Source of the DNA: an uncultured Pseudomonadota bacterium
GTDB taxonomy: Bacteria; Myxococcota_A; UBA796
Assembly (NCBI GenBank): GCA_937911635.1
Contig: CALDQI010000531.1
Span: 1 to 39,830 of the forward strand
DNA length: 39,830 nucleotides
Direction of reading: 5' to 3'
The notes under the pieces are model-generated. The model worked only from the letters and a program-made list of their open reading frames with translations. It was not told the DNA's origin and made no database searches. How positions within the stretch are numbered: position 1 is the first letter of the stretch; every line of letters begins with the position of its first letter. A program made the position numbers and the translations under genes. Positions 10,001 through 17,571 of the stretch are shown here, in pieces.

Positions 10001-10521
10001 TGCGTTTCATCTTCCATCAGCATCGTAGATTTACGCAACCATATCGCTTCGACTTCCTCTACATTCGGATAAAATGTTGGATACCGTTTCACAAACTCTA
10101 TCAATGCATCAATGGCTTTTATATCGAGCGCATCTCGTTCATTTTGTCGTTGCCAATACTCTTCGTACACCGCTTGATATTCTACAGCTTGTTGACTGCC
10201 CGATTCTTCAAAAGGAAACGTATCAAATCGATGCTGTAATCGTGTTTGATTGCTGCCGAGTATGGATACTCGAAGTGCATTCAATACATCAATATTGAGC
10301 ACATCCTCTGATTGCCACTGCCAAAATGCACTCTGAAACGTTCCTTCCCCATCAAAAAATGCTCTCTTGGTTTCAATCTGTGTCTGCAACGCTTGATTGT
10401 CACCGAGAAGACTGGGCAATAGTTGTTGAACAACTTGATCGTTACTCCACAATCCTGAGTCCGTCTTAAAGGGAGCATCTTGAGCCAACGCTACTGTCAA
10501 ACAAAAATGAATCCAAAGCAT
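7072..10521 (-). CDS. 1149-aa membrane protein: signal peptide, periplasmic Gln/Glu-rich coiled coil, TM bundle, cytoplasmic P-loop NTPase, winged-helix-like C-terminus
   Basis: Signal peptide MLWIHFCLTVALA/QD. Residues ~20-540 are heptad-like and Q/E-rich. Five to six hydrophobic helices lie in residues ~540-780 (nt 8182-8904). Walker A is ADEGMGKS (nt 7975-7998) and Walker B is SIIGIDDIQ (nt 7768-7791). A helical tail follows (LRQAEILNQL...LDELCNSLQMPQNLVVSICRQLVASSLLR). Confidence 0.8.
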   Translation of the reverse strand: MLWIHFCLTVALAQDAPFKTDSGLWSNDQVVQQLLPSLLGDNQALQTQIETKRAFFDGEGTFQSAFWQWQSEDVLNIDVLNALRVSILGSNQTRLQHRFDTFPFEESGSQQAVEYQAVYEEYWQRQNERDALDIKAIDALIEFVKRYPTFYPNVEEVEAIWLRKSTMLMEDETQQVLVSKIVQEHQKIVHLRRVIVNYSAGGKSDFDSLARAVLAEKPEDSIHSEGRYDRMTLLQLVIVDPILTKNITDEVERIQNSLMEKDRAQLMEEFQQIKQNWQTDIFGWDIEKTEQEIQSLVIQKQNVSADNEDVQTEIIQYKLEVLQRHQNSLNGIQLGTQLLRAQEDLDEARLKELEQDRSIEEANVQSEIVRLREIETEMLGKESERHQVIQSSISDVKIRIQRWEEEFTAWERLPPLDSSRRSVLLNLQQQIHQLQWDLQSDIGSLESIEQTSLIESTIKHEEVESVLESISQVQTDTERHIETEIDEMLRLWIQVHQRQEWVGYFEEENVQFWFDIAFEWQYLTETLPLNLDRIKDIWTDINTLFGLIGTILRWLMVGLTWFWIGRRVEGWWTLFRQWLEEQDRPKMFDEVDFNAWDGPLRSNQGTQATSIVQPLFFAFSACILVQYLNEGWIEVFGSVLLLWMFTRLCAPVTEYWISEEHIRRPLRRGLTAFVWIYFGLNVLIDTFVNVLYVFQSVQIVETIQWIALVVWAMVQLGVWYDLLYESATKVIGLQRLKEWMNQFSARFFGRRIRSLLAMSILLVDIVSKVLFWLVEHSSIFGSTLAKNTIESTVQEDKESFYSKEWDLGWNTLLLPCVEKIQNDLQTMVTESKGVSGAMCLIADEGMGKSSVLRLVMSQSEIPTHLLKVEDIVRDGNWTVKKLGDWLCDGLKIPRQESLAEVCTSIAQIPNSIIGIDDIQRIFLRDVQGFEVINQLFSIIQATSTSHCWIVSCHQPTWTFWDSPSTPIRTDFFRYRYTLKPWSVLEVRSAIVNMIRQRNLSLDFSKLTTLNNPQAVHRAEMAFWRLLTDSTKGNPSTSLQLFKQCAVRTDVEDTVAIRMFSLRQAEILNQLDDGAGFVLACVLMHNRCTLDELCNSLQMPQNLVVSICRQLVASSLLRFNEQHYQIDLIWFPWVEANLAQKRFIGLRDRE

Positions 10522-10563
10522 GTTATTAGCGTATCTCAGACGTATACAGTTGTCAGTTGAAGA

Positions 10564-11499
10564 TTATCCAATTTTCGACTCTAGTCCGTCGAGCATCCAA
10601 GCACACACAACACGATTTCTTCCCATTTCCTTAGCCACATACAGGGCCTGATCAGCCAATCTTAAACTCTCCATGACTTCAGTTTCCGGTTGGAAATGTA
10701 CAGATACTCCGATGCTGATAGACATGGGAATCAAAATTTGTTTATACAACATTGGTTTCTTAATCGATTGACGAATTCTTTCAGCCAACCGAACCAGCTC
10801 CTCTCCTGAACAATTTGGGATCACCGCCAGGAACTCTTCTCCACCAAATCGCCCTACCGAATCAGAATTTCGAATGCATTTTTTTAATCGACTGGCCGTT
10901 TCTTTTAGAACCGCATCACCACAGTCATGTCCAAATCGATCATTGATTTGTTTAAAGAAATCCAAGTCCATCATCAACACACCCAACGGATTCAACCGCT
11001 GCCCGGATAATGTTGCTTCACGTTCAAGTGTTCTCAAAATTGAGCGTCTATTGGATATTTCTGTCAACGGATCATGATTGGCCTGATTCCAAAGGCTTTG
11101 CTGAAGCAAACGCTGTTTCAACTGATGCTGCATCATTCTACTCGCCACGTGAATATGCGCCTGAAAAACGTCGACGCTGTAGTCAAGTGGCAATACAAGA
11201 TCAGCACCCGCAAAAAGAAACTTTGTTTGCTGTTCAATATCTGTGGCATCTTTCAAAACACAAATAAATTGGTAGCCAGTAATATTGCTACTTCGAATAT
11301 CTGAGACGAGTTTTACCGGATTGTTGGATGCAATATTCGCATCTATCAATACAATCTGGACATCGACCTCCTGATTGCGAAGACTGGTCACCAATACGTC
11401 GGGATCCGTGCAATATTGTGGTACAAATCCCCAATCCGTTAACATCAGACCGATGCGCTCCAACATTGAGTCATCTATACTGGCAAGCAATACATTCAC
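10564..11499 (-). CDS. REC-like domain + GGDEF diguanylate cyclase
   Basis: GGEEF active site, RNSD (RxxD I-site) five residues upstream, and DLDFFKQINDRFGH. The N-terminal receiver-like domain has DD and a central Asp (VLIDANI) but lacks the usual K-P motif. Confidence 0.88.
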   Translation of the reverse strand: MNVLLASIDDSMLERIGLMLTDWGFVPQYCTDPDVLVTSLRNQEVDVQIVLIDANIASNNPVKLVSDIRSSNITGYQFICVLKDATDIEQQTKFLFAGADLVLPLDYSVDVFQAHIHVASRMMQHQLKQRLLQQSLWNQANHDPLTEISNRRSILRTLEREATLSGQRLNPLGVLMMDLDFFKQINDRFGHDCGDAVLKETASRLKKCIRNSDSVGRFGGEEFLAVIPNCSGEELVRLAERIRQSIKKPMLYKQILIPMSISIGVSVHFQPETEVMESLRLADQALYVAKEMGRNRVVCAWMLDGLESKIG

Positions 11500-11545
11500 T
11501 CAGTCACTCCTTTAATGCTCAATACAATGTAACAAATCACAGTCT

Positions 11546-12289
11546 TTACAACGACTCTTCTTCAACACCCTGAAAAGATTTTTGTACATTCACATCGCCG
11601 AAATCTGGATTCGCCGGTAAATTTCTCAATGTTGCATCTAGGGTGACCCCCATGATTTTAAGCTGCCAGTTCAACATGATTCCTTCAGAAGACCATCCAG
11701 CAACCACATCTCCTTTATTGGAATGGTATCGAGCTTCCCTACCATAAATGGTGTCTCCATTGTTTGAAATACTCGTTTCCTTTTCAGAATGCCACTCTCC
11801 TGACCAGACATCCCCTGTTTCGATTTGATAAAAGGTTTGAGGACCTTCAGCCCACCGATGGGCTTGACCAGGATCAAATAGGGCAAGTGAAATTCCTTCA
11901 ACCTCATCGGATGAATATTCTTGCTTCAATACACCAGACGGAAGAACCTCATGGATCACCCAAGATTGATTGGAACGACTTTTCCCTTGCAGCTCAAAAT
12001 TCTTTCCATTCAATGAAACAACCGAAACAAAATGGGTTTTAGAGTCGGTAAACTTGGCTGTTGCATGTTGCTGATATTCCAATCGTTTTCCGGCTATGGT
12101 GGTCTCTACTTCCGTAAAAGATTCTATCTGACGTGCACTGGACTGACGCTCTGTCGGAGCCACATATCTAATTTTTACCGTTCGACTACCAACTGGAGTC
12201 CCCGATAAGGTTAGATCATATACCAGTGACTGTTCTACTGCATGTGCTACAGAGCTTGCCAATATCCACATCAACATAGCGTTCCTCAA
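11546..12289 (-). CDS. Secreted beta-rich hypothetical protein (247 aa)
   Basis: Signal peptide MRNAMLMWILASSVAHA/VEQ, then alternating beta-strand-like sequence. No motif I can name. First gene of the same-strand run that continues into the GGDEF gene. Confidence 0.65.
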   Translation of the reverse strand: MRNAMLMWILASSVAHAVEQSLVYDLTLSGTPVGSRTVKIRYVAPTERQSSARQIESFTEVETTIAGKRLEYQQHATAKFTDSKTHFVSVVSLNGKNFELQGKSRSNQSWVIHEVLPSGVLKQEYSSDEVEGISLALFDPGQAHRWAEGPQTFYQIETGDVWSGEWHSEKETSISNNGDTIYGREARYHSNKGDVVAGWSSEGIMLNWQLKIMGVTLDATLRNLPANPDFGDVNVQKSFQGVEEESL

Positions 12290-12385
12290 ATAAATGTTGC
12301 TTGTCAGTATAACACATTCCAGTAATGATATAGTCCATCATATGAGCCTTGTACAAAGATCAAAAAGAATGTTACTATTCAGTAT

Positions 12386-13897
12386 ATGCGTAAACCCATA
12401 CAGACGATCAAAGAACGCTTGGCAGATGAAATCGGTTCTCATTTCCAACATGGACCAAAACGAGTAGCAATGCTCTACCCCAGTCCATATCGGGCTGGGA
12501 TGTCTTCACTTGGATATCAATGGACCATTGAGATCTTAGCAAAAGCCGGATTCTCCGTGGAACGTGTTTTTCTTCCGGACAATGTCGACGAATGGAAAAG
12601 AAGTGGCGGGGGGTTGTGCAGCTACGAAACGAGAACCCCATTGTCACACTTTAAGGTCATTGGAATCTCACTGGCGTACGAATTGGAAATGTCGGGTCTC
12701 ATTCAATGCTTAGAATTAGCTGGCATTCCCATTTTAAGAGAGAATCGTACGTCACAAGATCCCATCTTAATTTTGGGTGGACCCATCACATTCTCAAACC
12801 CACTTCCCTCATCTCCCTTTGTAAATGCCATGCTTCTAGGAGAGGTTGAAGAAACCATCGTCCCTGCATTTTCTGCCGCTATTGATAGTGATTACGAAGG
12901 ATTTATATCGGAAGTACAAAAACTCCCTGGCGGGTTTGTGCCCGAGGTGCAGTACCCCAACTTACCCGAAATTGCAAAAGCAACCGATTCCTTATTGCCT
13001 GCACGATCGCATATTCTAACTCCACATACAGAGTTGAAAAACATGTTTTTGATAGAGGGAGAAAGAGGGTGTCATCGGAGTTGCACCTTTTGTGTCATGC
13101 GACGATCTACAAATGGAGGGATGCGCCTTGTCACACCCGATCGACTGATGTCACTTGTTCCAGAAAATGCCAATAGAGTTGGACTGGTCGGAGCAGCCAT
13201 TAGCGATCATCCAAAACTGGTTCCATTGCTTCAAGAAATTGTAGATTCTGGAAGAGAAATCGGAATCTCATCTTTACGAGCCGATCGCATTGCACGAAAA
13301 CCCGATATCGCTCGTCTATTGAGACTGGGTGGCTATAAAACACTCACAGTAGCCTCGGATGCCGCCTCTCATCGACTGCGAAAAGATATCTCTAAGGGAA
13401 CCTTGGAAAAGCACTTGTTCTCCTGCGCAGAACAGGCCAGAGAACATCGATATAAGGTCCTTAAAATTTATATGATGGTCGGTTTACCCGATGAAACCCA
13501 AGAAGACCTGGACGAACTCATTCGATTTGCATTGGAGATATCCAAAATCCACCCCATTGTATTTGGTATTGCCCCCTTTGTACCCAAAAAGAACACTCCC
13601 CTTGATACAGCACAATTTGCAGGGATTAAAGCCATCGATAGAAAATTAAAGTACATTCAAAAGGGATTGCGGCCTTCAAAAGGTCGAGCTCAAATTCGAA
13701 GTACTTCTGCCAAATGGGCTTGGGTTGAAGCAATGCTGGCACAAGGAGGTCAGGAGTCTGGGCTTGCGGTACTCACAGCTGTGCAAAACGGTGGGAATTT
13801 TGCGTCATGGAAAAGAGCACTCAATCAGCTAGATGCTGAGCAACAGTCTCCATGGCGACGATTGTTTAAATTGGCTCAACCACCGGCTTCTGTATGA
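12386..13897 (+). CDS. Radical SAM protein with N-terminal B12-binding-like domain (TIGR03960-like family, function unknown)
   Basis: CxxxCxxC cluster ERGCHRSCTFCVM. The N-terminal pattern LYPSPYRAGMSSLGYQ...ERVFLPD...FKVIGISLAYELE...LAGIPIL...DPILILGGP is typical of that family as I recall it. Confidence 0.8.
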   Translation: MRKPIQTIKERLADEIGSHFQHGPKRVAMLYPSPYRAGMSSLGYQWTIEILAKAGFSVERVFLPDNVDEWKRSGGGLCSYETRTPLSHFKVIGISLAYELEMSGLIQCLELAGIPILRENRTSQDPILILGGPITFSNPLPSSPFVNAMLLGEVEETIVPAFSAAIDSDYEGFISEVQKLPGGFVPEVQYPNLPEIAKATDSLLPARSHILTPHTELKNMFLIEGERGCHRSCTFCVMRRSTNGGMRLVTPDRLMSLVPENANRVGLVGAAISDHPKLVPLLQEIVDSGREIGISSLRADRIARKPDIARLLRLGGYKTLTVASDAASHRLRKDISKGTLEKHLFSCAEQAREHRYKVLKIYMMVGLPDETQEDLDELIRFALEISKIHPIVFGIAPFVPKKNTPLDTAQFAGIKAIDRKLKYIQKGLRPSKGRAQIRSTSAKWAWVEAMLAQGGQESGLAVLTAVQNGGNFASWKRALNQLDAEQQSPWRRLFKLAQPPASV

Positions 13898-13907
13898 TAC
13901 ATCTCAC

Positions 13908-15038
13908 TTAATAATGAGATACAATTCCAAAAAATGTCCACGATGGCTGGGAATTGGACCGGTATAAATCATCGATAAACTCATCGACTTCACGAATTCT
14001 AAAGACCGTACTGTACGAAGCAACATCCGCCGTTACATAATAATCGCCGTTGTCGCCATTGACCGTAATGCCTTGTGGAATTGCGTATTGCTGCGCAGAT
14101 TGATCGGCTTCACTCCACACAATGCGAGTTTGCCAATCCGAGGCGGTTTCATCGAACTGAGCAACCGATATCTCTCGTGTTTCAGAGGTGTACAACAATG
14201 AAAACCAACCTCCACCATCTCGGGCAGACCCGGCATACGCATGTCTTCCATCCCAGTTTTCAATCTCAACTGTTCGATGTAAAACCAAACCAGTATCTTC
14301 ATGCCATGTGGCAAAACCACCGAAAAATCCAAAAAGTCCAATTTCTTCTGTGACCAAGTTTCGGGCAATGCTCCAAACAAACAATTGGAAATCCGGATTG
14401 GGTTCACCATCAATCGCTGGCTCTGCATTCCAAGTCGCGACGGATTCGACTTCACCTGTCGGTGTGACTGTAATTAATTCGTTTCCTCTAGATGCCATGA
14501 TGTCACCAGACGGCAAAGAGAGGACACCAAACACATCCGGATTGTCTTCATCTTCAGAGTAATCTACCAATATCTGACAATCACCAGTTGAAGATACTGA
14601 CGCCACACCCGTATTGTTGTTGCTAATGACGTATCCACCGGTACTTTGATTAAGATCTAAGGATCTGGGTACACAATCGTTGTTTAAAGAGAGCTCTGAT
14701 TCGACATTTCCCAATTGATTCAACCGAACCAAAGATGATGTTTCACCTTGTTTCGCTAGAGACAACGTCACCCCTGACCACTGTTCATCAATACGTCCAT
14801 CACAGTCGTTGTCTACGCCATCGCCCGTTTCTTCATCTCGTGCGGGGTTGATCCATGGACTGGTATCATCACAATCGCCATCTTCAACTGTAAAACCATC
14901 ACCATCTTCATCCGTTCCTGTTGGCTCAGTACTGGGTTCGGTTGCTGGTTCACTGGCGGTGTCCTCTACCGCGGTATCCACTGGTAACGGGGCTGGCTTT
15001 TCACCACATCCAAAAATTTGAAACATCCAAAACATCAT
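13908..15038 (-). CDS. Lipoprotein with Cys-rich DCDD..NP..DE..DG.DNDCDG motif and probable beta-propeller body
   Basis: Leader MMFWMFQIFGC, acidic linker, and the motif DGDCDDTSPWINPARDEETGDGVDNDCDGRIDE (the putative metal-binding motif common in Myxococcota). The start overlaps the upstream stop (TAATG at 15036-15040). Confidence 0.7.
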   Translation of the reverse strand: MMFWMFQIFGCGEKPAPLPVDTAVEDTASEPATEPSTEPTGTDEDGDGFTVEDGDCDDTSPWINPARDEETGDGVDNDCDGRIDEQWSGVTLSLAKQGETSSLVRLNQLGNVESELSLNNDCVPRSLDLNQSTGGYVISNNNTGVASVSSTGDCQILVDYSEDEDNPDVFGVLSLPSGDIMASRGNELITVTPTGEVESVATWNAEPAIDGEPNPDFQLFVWSIARNLVTEEIGLFGFFGGFATWHEDTGLVLHRTVEIENWDGRHAYAGSARDGGGWFSLLYTSETREISVAQFDETASDWQTRIVWSEADQSAQQYAIPQGITVNGDNGDYYVTADVASYSTVFRIREVDEFIDDLYRSNSQPSWTFFGIVSHY

Positions 15039-16711
15039 TATTTCATCCGGTAGCCTGTCATCTCATTGTTGAAGATCCAAGCGACAACTTCACCAATCTC
15101 AAAGGTATTGCCCAGATAGCTGGTGATGGAAGCGGACGCAGATCCCATGTCTCTCAGTATAGCACGGGCTTTGATCATCTTTTCAAAACGAGAGAGCCAC
15201 AATTCGACGTTGTCCGGTCGTAAGTCGATCCAACCCTTTTTCACCCACCCTTCTAGGGCCTTAGGATCCTTTAACTCTACGCGAGTACCATGTCCCATAA
15301 GTTCCGGAACATTGATCTTTGGACCACGCAAGATATCAGATCCATCAGGCAACAGTACCGGAATTCCTATCGATGGTGCGGTCTTTGCCACCCCTGAAGA
15401 TTCCAACACCGAAACCAACATCTGACTAATTTCAGCCGCGCTCTTTGTACTGGCACAGGCATTGGTCATCGTACCAAAAGCCTCTTTAAAGAGATGGGCC
15501 TCAAATAATAACTTCGATAGTTCAGGAGGTCCCAATCGTCCTAGAGCAACAGATGGAATCCCTGATTGAGACTCTACCAGTTCCAAATCGGTCATGGCAG
15601 CAGAACGAATCAATCCTGCTTTATAAGACGGATTGAGTACCGAAGCATCCATCGCACTGATGACATCTCGCCCTGTATTGGCGCCTCGAAGCTCGAGTAC
15701 GATCGTTTGGGCTATTTCTTCCGGTGTGATGTACTCCATTTGTCCCAGAGCAGTAATCGCTGCAAATTCACCGCGGGTAAATACACCATTTTCGCCTGTA
15801 TCGACAACGGCAACTTTAAACGACTCCACCTTTTCATACTCGTCTAAGTTTTGGCGGAGAGACAAGGAATCTCCGGTGAGCGAAACTTTTTTGGGTGCAA
15901 ACAAGTCAGAGTTCCCATGTTTATCTGAAACCTGTTTGACTTTAACTGCACGATACCCAATCATCGCAGCGGGTTTCACCTCTTTAACAATGGGAGAGTT
16001 CGGTGTTCTAGCCAGTAGAAACAACAACCCCGTATGTCCAAACGCAGTTTCGTTTTTTGCAAGCAGTTTCCTAGATGGTTTATCCTCTGAATGCGTATAC
16101 GGAATATTGAGCCCCATTCCTCCAGTTCCTGTGGTTCCCACTTTGAGATACATCTTCGTTTGGTATTCAGATGTTGCACGGTGTACAAATCTTACGTGAC
16201 GAATCAGCTGGGGTCCTGTTTGACTCAATAAAAGGGCTTCCAAATCTTGAATACCGGCAGAAGAAAACCCATCCTCACTAATCCATTCTCTCACCTTTGC
16301 CGCACCATCAAAGACATCTTGATATGAGATCCCAGTAGCGGTGTTCACACAGTCTACAATTACTTCAGGTCGATGTTGACGAATCAGACCAGCCAAATGA
16401 TTGTCTTCGTAGGCCGCCTCAAAATCGTCGTACAGCGAACTCAATAGCTGACGACGTTTGGTTGGATCCTGAATTAAATCTCTTCTAGAAACACCGGATA
16501 ATGCACTGGGAACAAAGAGATTCCCCCATTCTGGAACAAATGCAACTAGATCTCCAAATTCTGTACGAAGAACCTCACAAGCTGATTGGGCTTCATGCTC
16601 AAACAACGAAGCAACAACGATTCGCCTAGGCTGCATACTCATCACAATATGCCGACACACTTGAAGGCCAACCAATCCAGCGCCACCCAAAATCAAATAA
16701 TCATGATACAT
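15038..16711 (-). CDS. 557-aa NAD(P)-binding Rossmann-fold protein of an unrecognised family
   Basis: N-terminal LILGGAGLVGLQV (GxGxxG). The rest (IVDCVNTATG, GTTGTGGMGLNIPYTH) matches no family I can name. The long clean ORF supports coding. Confidence 0.7.
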   Translation of the reverse strand: MYHDYLILGGAGLVGLQVCRHIVMSMQPRRIVVASLFEHEAQSACEVLRTEFGDLVAFVPEWGNLFVPSALSGVSRRDLIQDPTKRRQLLSSLYDDFEAAYEDNHLAGLIRQHRPEVIVDCVNTATGISYQDVFDGAAKVREWISEDGFSSAGIQDLEALLLSQTGPQLIRHVRFVHRATSEYQTKMYLKVGTTGTGGMGLNIPYTHSEDKPSRKLLAKNETAFGHTGLLFLLARTPNSPIVKEVKPAAMIGYRAVKVKQVSDKHGNSDLFAPKKVSLTGDSLSLRQNLDEYEKVESFKVAVVDTGENGVFTRGEFAAITALGQMEYITPEEIAQTIVLELRGANTGRDVISAMDASVLNPSYKAGLIRSAAMTDLELVESQSGIPSVALGRLGPPELSKLLFEAHLFKEAFGTMTNACASTKSAAEISQMLVSVLESSGVAKTAPSIGIPVLLPDGSDILRGPKINVPELMGHGTRVELKDPKALEGWVKKGWIDLRPDNVELWLSRFEKMIKARAILRDMGSASASITSYLGNTFEIGEVVAWIFNNEMTGYRMK

Positions 16712-16766
16712 CTGACTACCTCAATTCTACTAATTGGTGTTGATATATCCTATCTGATCATATTTC

Positions 16767-17570
16767 TCAATCTCGAACAGCAGTATGTTTGATCATCTCC
16801 GATGTAACCGTCCAATACAACCAATCCATCTCGTTTCCACGCTCCAAAATGGGATCCACATCTAAGCCAATCCGCTGAGCATACGTTGCCAATAATCCCC
16901 AACCGCCTCCTTTGAACAGTCGCTGGTTTTTTCGAGAGGGAGACTTGGTTAGTTTCTGAATCTTTTTGATGAATTTCCGTTCTGGAAGCACTTCAATGAG
17001 GGGCAACAGCCAAGCCCCCCTGTGTTGACAGTCAATCTCCAGAGAATCAATGATCACCATACCCAGTTTACGAAGCAACTCTACATGAAGAACATGAAGC
17101 GCCTTTTCACCACCGGCAAAAAGTTCGATGTGCAGTGGTAATACATCTCCAGGATATACAAATGGAATATCCATACTACACAATCGTTGTCGCGACAACA
17201 TTTCTCGAGACTGAGACGCTTTTACATTCAATGAAGCCGCCTCAATATGAAGGAATGGATTTGATTCCGCGGCGGATTCAAGCCGGTTCAACCAGTTCGT
17301 ATCCAATGTATCTCCAGCCTCCAATTTAGCGCGAGCACTCCAAATTAAGTATTCTAAATTCGACTCTGTTGGCTGATCCAAAGTCAATTCTACTGCGCCT
17401 CCCAATAAAGCATTGTGCAAGTCTTTTGTACACACTTTCAACAATCTTTCTTGAATCCACGGTACATTTCGACTAAAAGAGAGGAGACTTTTTGGTACTT
17501 GCGACTCATTGAACCATTCGAGTTTCCAAAAGTCTACATTGTTGTTTAAATCCACCCAACCTGCTTTCAT
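16767..17570 (-). CDS. Hypothetical protein (267 aa)
   Basis: I chose the start at MKAGWVDL (ATG 17568-17570) because GGAGA lies 6 nt upstream. The 17723 start would overlap the divergent MBL gene by >150 nt. No recognisable motif. Confidence 0.6.
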   Translation of the reverse strand: MKAGWVDLNNNVDFWKLEWFNESQVPKSLLSFSRNVPWIQERLLKVCTKDLHNALLGGAVELTLDQPTESNLEYLIWSARAKLEAGDTLDTNWLNRLESAAESNPFLHIEAASLNVKASQSREMLSRQRLCSMDIPFVYPGDVLPLHIELFAGGEKALHVLHVELLRKLGMVIIDSLEIDCQHRGAWLLPLIEVLPERKFIKKIQKLTKSPSRKNQRLFKGGGWGLLATYAQRIGLDVDPILERGNEMDWLYWTVTSEMIKHTAVRD

Positions 17571-17571
17571 T

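Noticed and set aside
15633-16199. 188-aa plus-strand ORF antisense to the 557-aa Rossmann gene. Similar long antisense ORFs lie at 2543-3067, 8410-8892, 28598-29053, 3643-3987 and 4057-4440.
   Set aside because: All lie fully inside longer ORFs that carry clear protein motifs. Their translations are Ser/Pro/Arg-rich and low in complexity, typical of the antisense frame, and they have no SD or motifs.
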